NCBI GenBank assembly: GCA_013265495.1
Contig: MU057640.1
Location: 753,303-817,302, forward strand
Direction: 5' to 3'
DNA: 64,000 bases
DNA from: Vicugna vicugna
Taxonomy: Eukaryota
The notes under the pieces are model-generated. The model was not told the origin of the DNA. It searched no databases and worked only from the letters and a program-made list of their open reading frames with translations. Within the stretch, counting starts at the first letter, position 1. Each line of letters begins with the position of its first letter. Shown one piece after another: positions 27,153 through 40,735 of the stretch. A program made the translations under genes and the position numbers.

Positions 27153-28741
27153 CAAGGGGTTGTGTTTATTCCAGGTGTTTTGCACATTTAGAACCACCGA
27201 TTCCCCTTCGGAAGCAACGTGCACTTGGGACTGGAGGAACTGGAACGCCCGGAGCTGTGTTTTCACTTGAGTGGTAATGACCAGTTTGCTTTTTTAAGTC
27301 TATACACTTCAAGGACTGTAAGTCCAGCAGAAAAGGGAAGTTTCAGCACTGGCAGCTGCTCCTTCTCCAGGGAAAGAAGAACAAAATCCTGCGAGAAGGA
27401 GACTTCCACGTCACCAGTCTAGGCGCCAGAAATCTCACTTCCTTCTTCAAAGGGCTTTTGCTCAGAGATGTGGCAGGTGAGAAGAAAGACGGGAGGGAGG
27501 GCGGACGGTGGATGCCTGACTTCCTAGGGCCTTGGTTGGCCTCATTTCTGCTGGTAAATTGTTCTTAACTCCTCCTGCTCAACCACTTCGCAGAAGCCCA
27601 AACAAGTTTCAACACCTCAGTGTCCTCCCAAGGACGTCAGAGCGTAACGGATCTTCACAGCTAAAATCCTCAACATTGAGCCCTTTCACAGAAGCGTCTC
27701 ACACCAGGGCCAGAGGATGCCTGAAGCTGCTCCACCACTAGGTGGTTCAGGGTTCTAGAACATACTGTTACTGCTACTACTACCACCGCTAACAATAAGA
27801 AGAAAACACTTGTCAGAAATACAATGATTACTTGAGAAAGTCAAAGAAAACAGCGCTCTTGGAAGAAAAAAGACCACCGTAAAGAAGGCTGGCTCTAAAC
27901 ACACCGAACAGAATGGGCAGCGATTTACTCAGTCCAGTTTTCACAAGCGGATAGTAAGTCCAGGCTGTGTAAGGCACACGGAAGGAAACTGACTTGGGAT
28001 TTTTCCTTAAAAGGATTAGCATGTGCAGTTTTCCTCTGTGGATTAAGAACTTGACTAGAATTGAGGATTTTCACTAGTCATGAGAGGGGCCATTAATCAT
28101 GATGGTGAAAAAGGCTAGTGTCACTTTCATTAATGACCTGCTTTCCTGGCACTCAGAGTTCTGGCAGCTATATTTAATTGAACTCTACGTAAATTGTATT
28201 GTTTCATAGTCAATAGTATATTAGGGGCGTCAGATTAAAATTCAGGAATGCCGGAGCTGACATACTGACCCCAGCAAGGAATCACAGCTGAAAGTCAGAC
28301 ACCTAGAAAGGGCACTTGAAAAAAATCTTTAAAAAGCATTGCGATTGAAGGCCATTTAATTTGAGGCAAATAGGTCTAATCCCCAAGAACATCAGAATAC
28401 ATTAGTGGATGTTTATAAATACGACCTTCAGGCACAAGAATACTCAGTTAAGATGTGGAGTGTAAGGTAAATTCAGAAAAGTATTAACTAACAGCACATG
28501 GATAATAAGCTTTACTTATTTAGAATTTTCCTTTTTTTTTCTGGAACCCCCCCATTTTCTAATTATACTGTGAAAATAAATTTTACTGCTTATTTGCTGG
28601 TGGGAGGACAGATTTGGAAACTGTCTTATCAGCCGGGGTTTTGTCGTTGTTTTTCTGGTGAGGTTTTCCTAATTGAAATGCACAATTGAAGTTGAAAAAA
28701 AAATCATTCCTTCACTTCTTGCAGCAGCAGAAAACAGAAGG

Positions 28742-28839
28742 AGTCTTAGCAAATAATTAAACCTCTTAACTGTGGAATCAGGCAATCTCACTTTAAGAGC
28801 TGGCTCTAGAAGGCCGTTCACTGACAGTGCTGCAACTTC
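28742..28839 (+). repeat. Dispersed 98 bp direct repeat, copy 2
   Basis: 92/98 identical to 27055-27152. Confidence 0.92.
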
Positions 28840-29127
28840 TCTTTAATTGCTGTAGCTAAGCAGAGTCCATCTCATTTCAGCTATTGTATTGCGCTCTTTG
28901 GCATTCTAAATGGTTGCTCATTTCCTCCAAGGGGGATTTAAAATTTAAAGATAGAAATTCAGTGGAGAAAATAAATTAATTTTATTTGTAAATAGAGTGA
29001 TCCCACATCTTTGAATTCACGTTGATAAACTGAGTTCTCAGGAGGGTAGAAGAACCTGGTTTGGGACTCGGTTATAGATTGATTACTGATACTGTAGGGG
29101 ATAAAGTGAGGGTCAAGGGTTAAGTAC

Positions 29128-29178
29128 CTGGATCCTCGATGGAAAGGTTCTTCATAAGCCACTGCACAATGTCTGTAC
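29128..29178 (-). CDS. RGS6: RGS6 coding exon (~exon 4, 51 bp), DEP domain: (G)TDIVQWLMKNLSIEDP(V)
   Basis: Manual minus-strand translation; acceptor ttgcag|GTACA, donor CCAG|gtactt; phase 1-1. Confidence 0.96.
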
Positions 29179-32100
29179 CTGCAATGACAAAGCAGTTTCA
29201 GCTGAAGACCTCCTGGGTGTTTAACCCTGTGCCAGAAGAAACGTGTTTACCCGAGACTCCTAATTCCAATTAGCACGCGCCTGAAGAGCTCGGTGATACT
29301 GACACTTCTCCATCCTAACCAACCTCTCCATCAATTAGTATGTTCTATAGTCACAGTTCCATTCTCCGCCCCTACCCCAGACTCACTTCGGATGACCATG
29401 TCCACGTTTCTAGTGAGACTGCAGGGGACTTCCTGAGAAGGCATATTTTGAGGAGAAGCCAGGGGACATTTTCTCACACCTGGCCCCCAGACCATTTTCT
29501 GAGGGAGGAGCTTCTTTCAGCTCTTTGTCCCCATGGTCAAGGCCTGACCAACAAGGATGGCCTCACAGCTTCCTGAAAAAAGTCTAATTTCTTCTGGCCT
29601 GGGCCCACCCTGAATGAATGAGCCCCTGTGTCTGTGGGAAAAACTTCTATGTGTCCACCAAAATGTCTTTCCTCTATCCCCTGGGCTCAGATTATGTTTC
29701 CAGACTTTTAAGCAGTTGGAGGTAGAGTGAGTTCTGAAAATGGAAAATGGATGAACATGCCAGAGGCCACTTTCAGAACCGGACCATAAACCCTCCTGTG
29801 TGACCCTCCATACCCTACTCACTCTCACTGCCACCTGCTGTCTGGATGGAGAGAAATCGGGGGGCCTAGGGGAGGGCAGAGCTACAATGTGGAAGGAGCC
29901 TGGGATCCTGAACAAACATGCACATTGATGCCTGTGTTGGGCTCTGACCTGATTGAAAAAATAAACTTTGTCCACTGAGGCCCAGAAATTTGAGGGCTAT
30001 CTGTTTTGGCATTTAGTATTCCCTCAACTAACTAAGATCATAAGAATCAGAAGGGACACTTAAAGCTTATCTACTCCAACCCTAGCCAATACATAAGCCC
30101 CATCCGCAACACCCTGGACAAGTGGTGCGGTGATCTCCGTTTAGAAAACCCCTAAGGCCTGGGAACTCACCAACTGCCTGCTGGCCAGCCTGTCCCAGTT
30201 AAATCATCTTTGATTTCTCTGAACCGAAATTCACCAGTTTCTGACTTCCTCTCTTTGGTCTTAGTTTTGCCCTATGATGATAGAAAAACAAACTCAGCCC
30301 TCTCACCCTGTAACACAGCCCTTCAAACCTGTGGACAGTCCGTCCAATGTGTTCCCTACGTTCTCCCTGATCTCCCCCTCCTTCAGGTGAAACATGCGCG
30401 GATCCCTCAGCTGTTCCCTCTCATGACGTGAGCTGGAGTCCCTCACCCTTTTGGTCACAATTCTCTGAATATATTTACTTTCGTTTGCCTCCCTTGGAAA
30501 ATGTGGCACCTAGAGCCAATGTTCTTAGGACAGTGCAGTTCATGTGGAAGTGGAGGAGTCCAGTCTTCTAGAGTGTTCTGACAGTCTACCTTTGTCATCC
30601 CCAAATCTCACCTTAAATCTTCAAAGGTGGCTCGGTCACCTCAGGATGGAATGTTAGATGGAAAACAGTCTGAAAAGGGCAACATTTCTAGATATCCGAG
30701 GCTTGTCATGGGTCTGAGGCATGGTGTGAGCTAGAGGGTCTGCCAGTAGCCCTCCCGGGAGGGACTCCCAGCCGAAGCAGTGGAGAGTCAGCAGGGGAGT
30801 TTAATGAATATTGCCCTTTCCCCAGGAGTGAAGTTGCTCAGAAGCTTGACAAGGGGCCGGAGGTGAGACCAGGAGAGGCCTGAGTGCCTGGACGCTTCGT
30901 TTCTCTCTGGCTTTCTGGAGGGGAGCGACCCCTGCACAGAAGACCGTGCTGCTCTTTCTGTGCCCCGCCCCCTGCCCCAGGACCAGTCTCCACTGACATG
31001 GCCCTGCGAGTTCCCTGCATTTCAGCCTCAAAAGCAAGACTTGTAAGCGTTTCCCCACTCTTGCTCCCGGATGGCATCTATGAGCTAAACTTTGGATCAA
31101 AAACACTCCTATTCATTCACATTCTTTGAGAGAAAGGGAGAGTATGTCTGTGTGTGTGTTTGCGTGTGTGTCCACTTCCTCCAAATTATACAAGTCCGAC
31201 ATTTGTCCTAGGAAATGGAGAACAAAGCAGAAATCAAATAAGAACTGTAATCCCAAGTTGGGGGTGGTGGGGGGAGAGACTCTAACCTGTTTTTCCCTCA
31301 AAAGAAAAACAGTCCTTTTTCTGTGGGTTGCCTAGAAACGGAGAGCTTTCCAGCATCAGCAGCCGCTCTCCCCCGGGCAGGAGGATTATCTTTCTGCTGA
31401 GCTTGCTGGACCATTATTTATCACCTGCCAAGATTGATTACTCACCCTGGGACAATGACAGTCCTTCCTTTCCCCTGTTAATTACTGTCATCATTAATAT
31501 CCATGTCACTAATTAGTATTCATTCACATTGAAACTCCTTCCTTGCTATCATATCCGCTCCCCCCTCCACCCAACCCCAGCCTTCGGCACCATTGTCTAG
31601 GTTTCCACTCGCTTTTGGCTTTCTGCACTCGTGTCTGGCCTAATTGTTCTCCCCAGTCTACCAGGCTCCCGTTTGCATTCACTAAGCTGAAGAATCCCAT
31701 GGAAGCACTTTTTTTGGGTGAGGAAGGGAAAGCCACAAAAGCCCCTTGCCTTCCTCCCGGCACTATGGGGACCACAGATCTGGGTTTCTCGTTGTTGGTG
31801 CAGCGACCATAACAGTCACTGTCTCATCTGGGGAATCGTGTCTGTTCTCAGGCACCAGTGAGGGCTGAGCTGCTGCCCCTGGCTGTCCTGGGCCACTGCC
31901 CTCGGTCTGCAGCAGCACCCACCCTCCTGCCATCCCTGACACGCGTGGGTCCTGCTTGGTGGACTTGCGCACACACAGTGATGCCCGGGGCCGTGGACAG
32001 TCTTGTTCTCCTGGCTGGGGGATATTTTAGGCTTCCTTGGACTAATCCAGGAGGGGCCAGCCTCCAGCCTTGTGGCAGGCAGTAAACCATTGCATATTCA

Positions 32101-32986
32101 CCTCAGGAATAAGCAAGGAGGGGAAATCTGTCATAATATTATGTCCTTTAAAAGACCTACAATTATAAAACCGCAGAATCAGGCAAGAACTGTCCAAATC
32201 ACCATCAGGAGAAGGCATTTTTATTCTTCTGTTTTCTCTTTCCTTTCTTCCTTCTTTCCTCTCTCTCCCAACCATTCTTTCCTTCTTATTCTAAAAAGAA
32301 TTTGAAGCAGATTATTTTTCTGTTCTATGTAAATTGATGGTTATCCTTTTTTTTTTTTTTTTGGATTCTGCTTCTTGTCTTTGCCAAGCTGCCCTGCTTG
32401 CCAAGGACTTAAAACCAATATAAAAACATAAGGAACAAATGCAGGCTAGCCATTCTCTGTTCCCAAAGATCCTAAAACATTTGGCTGAAAGTTTTCATTC
32501 TGAGGCTGATTTATCAACATATATTCCAGGAATATCCCTGACATACACCAGAGGGCACCTGAAGCACTTTTTCACAAACTGTGTGGATTGTTAGTATATT
32601 TAAGTATATATTTATTATATGCAGATTTGCTTTATGTTTCTATAGGTGTTGTATGCCTGTATTTCAATTATGTCTTTTTTAATAAATTATGTTTATTGGA
32701 AGGGTATTTGGACATAACGTGGGGACTCACATAAATTATGGCTCATCCACATAATAAATATTTATTGAACATCTACTATGTTAAATGAAAAAGGATATTG
32801 AGAACCGTGTATATTGTAAAATGACATTTTTACAATAGAAAAATATATTTATATTTGTATTCTATTACTTACATATGTATAGATACATACAAATATGGAA
32901 AAGAAAATTCTGGAAGTACATTTAAACTGTTAACTTTAGGTTATCTTGGGGAGAGGGGAGGGTCAAATTATGGGAAATTTCTGTTC

Positions 32987-33457
32987 CTTTTTTATTGAAG
33001 TATAGTTGATTTACAATGTTGTGTTAGTTTCTGGTGTATGGCATAGTGATTCAGTTATATATATGCATATGTATATATATATTCTTTTTCAAATTACTTT
33101 TTAGTATAAGTTATTACAAGATATCAAATATAGTTTCCTGTGCTATACATTAAGATTGTGTTTATCTATTTTATATAAAGTAGTGTTTATATCTGTTAAT
33201 CCCAAGCTTCTAATTTATCTCTCTCCTGCCCTTCCCCCTGTCGGTTACCATAACTTTGTTTTCTATGTCTGTAAGTCTGTTTCTGTTTTGTAAGTAAGTT
33301 CATTTGTATCATTTTTTAAATTTCACATATAAGTGATATCATATGATATTTGTTTTTCTCTGTCTGACTTACTTCACATAGTATCATAATCTCTAGGTCT
33401 ATCCATGTTGCCACAAATGACATTATTTCATTCTTTTTTGTGGCTGAGTAGTATTCC

Positions 33458-33512
<55 letters not shown>

Positions 33513-33899
33513 CACAACTTCTTTATCCAGTCATCTGTCAATGGACACTTAGGTTGCTTCCACATCTTGGCTATTGTAAATAGCGCTGCTATGAACATTG
33601 GGGTGCATGTATCTTTTTGAATTAAGGTTCCCTCTGGATATATGCCCAGGAGTGGGATTACTGGATCATATGGTAACTCTATTTTTAGTTTTTTAGGGAA
33701 CCTCCATACTGTTCTCCATGGTGGCTGCAAAAATTCACATTCCCACCAACAGTGTAGGAGGGATCCCTTTTCTCCACACCCTCTTTTTGATGATGGCCAT
33801 TCTGGTCAGTGTGAGATGTTACCTCATTGTAGTTTTGATTTGCATTTCTGTAATAATGCAATGTTGAGTGTCTTTTCATGGGCTTGTTGTCCCCCTGTA
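32987..33899 (-). mobile_element. 5'-truncated L1 (ORF2 C-terminus plus 3' UTR)
   Basis: ORF 33512-33730 ([31 protein letters not shown]...CTPMFIAALFTIAK) is the L1 ORF2 end; TSD ggaaatttct[g/a]ttc at 32973-32986 and 33900-33913. Confidence 0.9.
33461..33510. repeat. (GT)25 perfect microsatellite inside L1
   Basis: Direct count. Confidence 0.97.
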
Positions 33900-34004
33900 G
33901 GAAATTTCTATTCTTTACATTTCCTTATTATGTGGCATACATAGAACATTACTGTATTATTTTTGCACTGGGAAAAATACTTTTTATGTTAAAGAGCAGA
34001 GAAG

Positions 34005-34141
34005 AGTAGCTCACAGAGAAAAAAATTGTGACAATGAATATATATATGTTCATGTATAATTGAAAAATTGTGCTCTACAGTGGAATTTGACACAACATTG
34101 TAAAATTATTATAAATCAATAAAAAATGTTTAAAAAAAAAA
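34005..34141 (+). mobile_element. Very short young L1 3' tail
   Basis: aataaa plus poly(A); TSD agcagagaag at 33995-34004 and 34142-34151; TT/AAA endonuclease-type site just upstream. Confidence 0.75.
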
Positions 34142-36479
34142 AGCAGAGAAGGAAGAATTGGCCACTGAGACTTACAGTGGAGAGAGCACAGACAACTGGG
34201 GCTGCAGACACAAGTGGGTGGGGTGCGGAGCACAGCCTCCTGCTGCCGTCAGGCCCCGGGCTTTAGTTGCTCTCCAGGGAAAGGGCGGAGAGGGGTGAAG
34301 GCAGGACTCGCAAAGCTATCTACTCCTGAGGAGTAAGGAGCTGGAGGCTTGCTCACGGGCCTCAAATTGGTCACCCTCTCTGGCCATCCGGCCAGCCCCG
34401 AGCCTCAGAGTGGCTTTTTGTAGACTAACAGGGCTGTTCACCACAGTCCTGGACCGAGGGGGACACTCGGCACCCCTCACTGGTAGGTATTCACTTACTT
34501 ACTTGGATAGAGGGAGAGTCAATGACTTCTTCCTGGTGACTTCCCAAACTGTATTAATTCTAGATCAATATAAACTGGACCTGAGTAAGCTAGTAAGATC
34601 TTCCTGTATCTTAGGGAGTTCTCTTTCTGGTTTGGGGGAGACCCTGATTATAAAAAACATTCTATTCCGGGCTTTGCCTTCAGGTGTTCTCAGCTCCCCT
34701 AAATATTTAGAGATACCCGGAACTTCTTCTGAAATAAGTCAGAACTCAAGCAGATCCTGCTATGAAACACTTCCCTCATTCTTCCCAAAGTTTTGTATCT
34801 ACCTGAGCCCAATTAGATTATGCAAACTTGATAAAAGACTGGTTTCAGTCACCTGCAAATTTCAGGTTACCTGCAACTCGGCGGCTTATGTATCACAGTA
34901 CTGGTAAGTGAAGCAGCTGATAACTACTGTCAGTCCTCACCACTGGGGAAAGACACTTTCATTTGGGTAAACTGTTTGTGGAGCCCTACCAACCACGGGC
35001 AAGATGGAATAGCTATGCGTGAGCTCACGGCACTCCCCAGGCAAAGTGAAGACTCAGTTCACCACTGGATTCTCACGTACCTGCCAGGGTCTCGCTGCCC
35101 CAGTGAGCGAAGAGAGCAGCTTGGTGCCACCTCATCGCCACACACACAGGCACCCTGTGCAGGCCAGCGCCCACCAGGAAGGATGACACTCCCAGTGCCC
35201 ACAGTGTGCCAGGCCCGGGCTGGACACTGAGCCTTGTTGTCACACATCAGCCTGGCAATAATGATGTCAAATGCAATAACCATTACACCCATTTTAAAGA
35301 TTAGGCCCACAGAGTTCCCAGGTCCCATGCTAGTGCCTAACAGAGCCAAGGCTGGAATCCAGGCAATCTTATGTCAGATAGTACTTCCACTGTACCCTTC
35401 TTCCTCTCTTGTTTCTGAATATCTTTTCAAGTAGTATACAGAAGAATAATTGGACAAGTTATATTCTGAACTCAACTTTTTTCCTGAAGCAGAGACACTA
35501 ATTTAGTGATAATTACAATTACTACTGGTAGCTATTGAGCTAATAATTTATTGATCACTTCCTATATTCCAGGCTATGGAATGATCCTACTATAATAATT
35601 CCAAGATGTAAATAGATTATTATCTCCATTTTGCAGATAAACTAAAGGACATTGTAAGTAGGGGAGCCTTTACAATTTTAGATCTTTCTTTTTTGCCTTA
35701 CGTTAAAAAAATGTAAAAATGCAATAGTTAGCTAGCAGAGAAAGCTTAAGGAACATGTTAAACTGGGCTTTGGCAGGTGGACACAACAAATAGCTGGCAG
35801 CAAGACAGAAGGAAATATGGGGGAAGAGGTGGCATGATGAAAACTCTAGTGGCATTTTTGAGAGGTATTGTTTGGTCAATGGGCTTGAGTTTTTCCAAGG
35901 ATTATGGTGACAAATTTAACAGATATATACCTGCTTACCTAGAACATGAAGCAATAAATCACACTGTTTACAAAGTCAGGCAGACTTGATTGAGTTCAAC
36001 TCATACAAGTTGTGTGACCCTGGGCAGGTGCCTTAACCGCCACCCAGCCCCGTCTCCATCTTCCTGGGTCAACTGGGGGAAATCCCACCTTGTGTACAGG
36101 ATAGAACAAGATCATGTATACGAAGCCCTTTTCAGAAGCGTGGCCCATGGTTTTGCTGAGGTGCCCTGTTTATTATTAGGTCACCCACCTGCTCTGCGCC
36201 CTCATTTCCTCATGTGAAGATGAGGCAGTAATGAAAGGACCTGCTGCATAGGCTCTGGGGTTAGAGGAGATGCTCTGTGTGCAGTGCCTGCACAGTACCT
36301 GGTGTGTAACAAGCATAACACACGTCAGCTGCCTAGAGAGTCTGTGTTTTATATTCAGGCATCTCTTCCAGTCACTGGTGTGGCTGGGAGAAGCAGCAGC
36401 AACTTAGACTTCTTGTCATTTTCTTGCTTTTTCATTTTAGGCCTTAGAGAATCTCAAACGGCTTCTGATACTTTTAGGA

Positions 36480-36833
36480 CGGAGTCCAAGTCCGGGTGTG
36501 GGCAGGGTTGGTTCATCTGGGGATTGTGAGGGAGAGCTGTTCAGGCCTCTCATAGCTTCTGGCGGTGTGCTGGCCACCTTTGGGGCTCCGAGGGCTGTAG
36601 AAGCTTCACCCCAATCTCTGCCTTCACCTTCTTCCTCATGGCATTCTCCCTGTGTGCGTGTCTGTGTGCAAATTTCCCCCTTCCTATAAGGACGTCAGTC
36701 ATGTTGGAGAATCACCTCATTTTCACTAATTACATTTACAATGACCCACTTTCCAAATAAGGTCACATTCTGAGGTACTGGGGGTTAGGACTCCAGCATA
36801 AAAATGGGGGATGAGACACTTCAGCCTATAACT
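36480..36833 (-). mobile_element. MaLR LTR (MLT1C-like)
   Basis: tttccaaataaggtcacattctgaggtactgggggttaggact motif. Confidence 0.7.
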
Positions 36834-39800
36834 ATAGTTCTGAGACAACAAGACTGTTACTCTGTTTTATCTCTGGCACAAAGCAAAGACCTGGCATGAA
36901 GCTGGCGTTTAACACATGCTTAAGGATCAATAATTATATTCAAGCGTGCATCATATAATACATGTGCACATATTTGTTACAGTTTACATTTTTTTCTCCA
37001 TTTTTGGTGGCCCGTGAAAGCTGCATCACAGACCAGCACCAACTTTAGCTGGGCATTTTGCAACTACTGCTTTAGAGGAAAGGTTCAGGGTTTTTCATCC
37101 ACTGACATGTTCTTTCAAAAACCACATCTCTTTTCGTAAAAAGAAATCTCAACAAAAGAATGCTTTAAGGAACATTAGGCAGCAATTCAAACTGCCTCCT
37201 TCTGCGCATTCAACCCTGGCCATCACCTGAAGAGGCCAAGAATAGAAGGAGGGGCGAAGTCTTCAACTCTCTTCTCGGGGCGAAAGACACAGCCCCCTCC
37301 CTTCTCGCTGGTCCCTGCGGCTCTCCCCGCCGGCTTCCAGGGGCAGAGTTCAAACTGCTTGTGACTGGCTTTGATCTAGAGTAGATTCTCCTTCCTTAAT
37401 GGGAGGCTTTTGTGTCAGTCTGACTTGAACAGGTTGGAGGAATTAAATCCAGACACACGGACTATGATTTTGGACCCAGTGATACCCAAGCATCACCGCC
37501 TTATTCGGCCCTAAACCAGGGCCCGCTGGGGCCACCTCCCTGGGGTCCTGTTCCAGGCCAGGCCTACAGGCTTGCTGGCCTCCACGGGCATGTGGCAACG
37601 GCGCCCCTCAGCGACCCAAGGCCCGCACAGCAGGAAAGACAGGCAGCCAGCCGTCGAGGGAAACCCCTGGTGGGCCTTCTCCTGCCAGCCCCCTCCCTCT
37701 TCAGCCTGCGCTTCCCCACTTCCTCGTGCATTATGAAAAATAATAGGGGGCAGGAGACCAGGCGAGGTTATTACCAACTCATAAATCAACTGGGAGGCTC
37801 TGAGGGCTGTGACGAGGTGTCTGAGAAGGGCTCCCTCGGTTTGTTATCTCATCCGGCCCTCCCCCCGCATTGATTCATAACCTCATAACCCTCCTGCGTC
37901 CAAATCCCAAGTCTTATATCTAATTGTCAGCAGCCGAGTACATGATTTGCAAGAGGATGCGGGTGGCGGCAGACGTGGGGGTGGAGGAGAGATTAGTTTT
38001 GTCAATCAAAAGTGTCCAGGGCCAGGAGGAGCACACCCGGGATTTAGCTCAACCATCAGCTTATTAAAGGGGAGGCTGCATACAGCTACACCGATGGGCT
38101 CAGTGCAGGGAGATGGAGGATCTTGGCCACTGTGGGTGTAGCCTCTGTTTCCTGAGGGTGACCGCCCTCCACTCCATGCAAAGGCAGAAATAAAAAACAA
38201 ATAAGCAGGCTTCAGACGGGGAGAAGTTCGCTAATGCCAGGCGTCCAATAGCACTTATCAGAGAGTCTTATAAATGTTTTGAGGGCTACTGAGCCTTCCA
38301 GGAGGGCTGGAGGGGGCCCGGGGCTGGAAGGTGTCAGGGGCTTTATTGCCTCTCAGTGTTGCCTAATGGTCATCTTTGTGCAAATCTGAATGTGTGAAAT
38401 GTGGTTTGTGAACATTTGTATTTAAGCTAATCTGAGGGGCTAAGGCTTTCTGGATGGGGAGCAGAAGAGGCAGCCTTCATGATTCCCAGGTCTGCAGGCT
38501 GCAGTCACTGTGCCCAGAATCTGATCCGTCTGATCTCGCTATTAGGGAATAATGCGGGTCCACTTTCACAGCGTGCTCTAAGGCTTAAGTCTGCAAAGTG
38601 TGCTGGACACCTGCCACCACCTTGGGATGGGTGATATGTGCACAGCAGGAAGTGTAAGCGAGCCAGGTTTCAGGTGGAGTCTGGGCCCCGCTGATGCTCA
38701 GGCAAAGCCTTGACAGGTGTTGCACTAATTCCAGCTCCGGGGCCCCAGAGCTCCGGCTGGGTGGAACACACAAGGCTTTTGTAATCAGATCTGGATTCAG
38801 ATCCCGGCTCTGTAACTTGGTAGCTCATTGTCTTGGATGAGTTATTCAACCACCCCGAGCCCTAGTTTACCCATTTGCAAAATGGGTCAATCACAGAATC
38901 TACCTCAGACTGTGTTATGAGTATTAAAATGAGGAGATGGAGGTGGACACTCAGTGCAGTCCTAAGTACCGCCTGGGCCCACTGCTCAATGGGTTATTCT
39001 GGTTCCTTTCCACTTACAGCTGATGCTCAAAATGGAACCTGGCCTGGAGCGGATCCTGTACTGCAGGCCGGTGGACCTGGACTGGACAGTTCAGAGCTGG
39101 TTCTAGCTTTGCTCTTTCAAGCTTCCCTGTTTCATTCAGGTAAATGAGCCCATCCTTTCAAAAATCGGTCTGGGATCTTCTAAATCAGCAGAGGACCTAC
39201 TCCCAGTTCAGTTCCCAGTTCCTGAGGCAAACTATCAGAAAAACCCCAAGGAAGCCTGAGATCGCCCCTTCTCCATGCCGGCTCCGAGTCCTCAGCCCGG
39301 CGTCGCCCACAGGAGCAGCCAGGAGGCACACAGCCTGCATGTGAATCCGACTTCCCCCTCCCACCAGCTCTGTGACCTTGGGGATGTGCCTTACTCTTTC
39401 TAAGCCCCAGTTTCTCTAACATAGGATGAAAGCACAGTCTGGGAGGGTGGACACGAGGATAATTCCTGTAAAAGGTTCAGCCCTGTGTCTGTTAAGCACA
39501 GAGCAAGTGAATATCGCTCCTGTTACTGCTGTTACTACCCACTGGACCGCTTTCATCCGTTTACCTGCAGTGATGAATTCGATGGTTCTGTCCTTAAACA
39601 AAAAAGCACACTTGCGTACTGCGAGGGCCGGACTGGGCCCTTGTGAGGTTATGGGCCCCAGACAGGGAGAAAGTAATACCAGCCCAGCCAGTGACAGGAG
39701 AAGGTTCACAGAGAAGGGGGTGCTTAGGATCAGTAAGAAACAGTGAGAAAAGCTTGAGGAGGAAGAATTGGATGAGATGTAGAGCCAAGGACTCTAGCAG

Positions 39801-40432
39801 AGCCACCTGAAGCAATCACACCAACGGCATTGTGTGACGTGACATCTAACATTTACATCCAGGACAAGGTGGGTCCAACAGCGAGTCTCTGTGGAAGGCA
39901 AGGGTCCTAGAAGGGCAAAGGTCACAGCAAGCTCGGGTGCCACCTACGTGCCAAGCACGGAACCAGACACTGGGGCTGAGGGTCAAGTGCAAATCAGAAC
40001 AAGAAGCAGGCTTAGAGCTGACGGGAGATGATGTCAGAGCTGCTGGGGAATGAGCTCATGACTTCCTGGCATCAGGATGCTGGCCTTTCCTCTCATTAGC
40101 ATCAGGGTGAACCTGTCCTGGGGTCAGCCTTGGGAGGGGATGGCTGCTCCATCAGTCTGCAGTCCTGTACCTCCACTGCCAGTCACCATCCTGGATGGGG
40201 AGGTAACCTGGGTTCATTACTGGCCGTGTTTTGTCTGAGACAGATGTATACTGCAGCCATCCGAGTAGAGGTGTCAAGTCCGCCAGTGGACATAGGAGTC
40301 TGGATTTTCAGGCAAAGAGCAGGCTGGGGATAGTATCTGGGTGTCACTGGTGTGTGGGAATGTATTTCAAGCAGTGAGTCTGGGCGAGATCACCCAAGGA
40401 GAACATGCAGACTGGGAAGAGAAGGCATTGAA

Positions 40433-40735
40433 ATGACACAAATGAGACTCACAGACAGAAAACTTCTAGTTACCAAAGGGGAAAGGGGTGTGGGAAGGGA
40501 TAAATTGGGAGTCTGAGATGCGCAGATACTAAGTACTATATATAAAATAAACAATAAGTTTCTACTGTAGAGCACAGGGAACTATATTCAATACCTTGTA
40601 GTAACCTGTAATGGAAAAGAATATGAAAACGAATATATGTACGCATATGTATGACTGAAACATTATGCTGTACACCAGAAATTGACACATTGTAAACTGA
40701 CTACACTTCAATTAAAAAGAAAAAAGAAGAAGAAA
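40433..40735 (+). mobile_element. 5'-truncated L1 3' end; its last ~95 bp are repeated at 42205-42301
   Basis: gggataaattgggag...gtagagcacagggaactatattc...cttcaattaaaaagaaaaa. Confidence 0.85.

Noticed and set aside
34410..34907. 165 aa ORF (similarly 6598-7113, 5924-6424, 51523-51996 and 29517-29975)
   Set aside because: Mostly non-ATG starts, no recognisable domain, several overlap MIR or LTR debris; expected by chance in intronic DNA.
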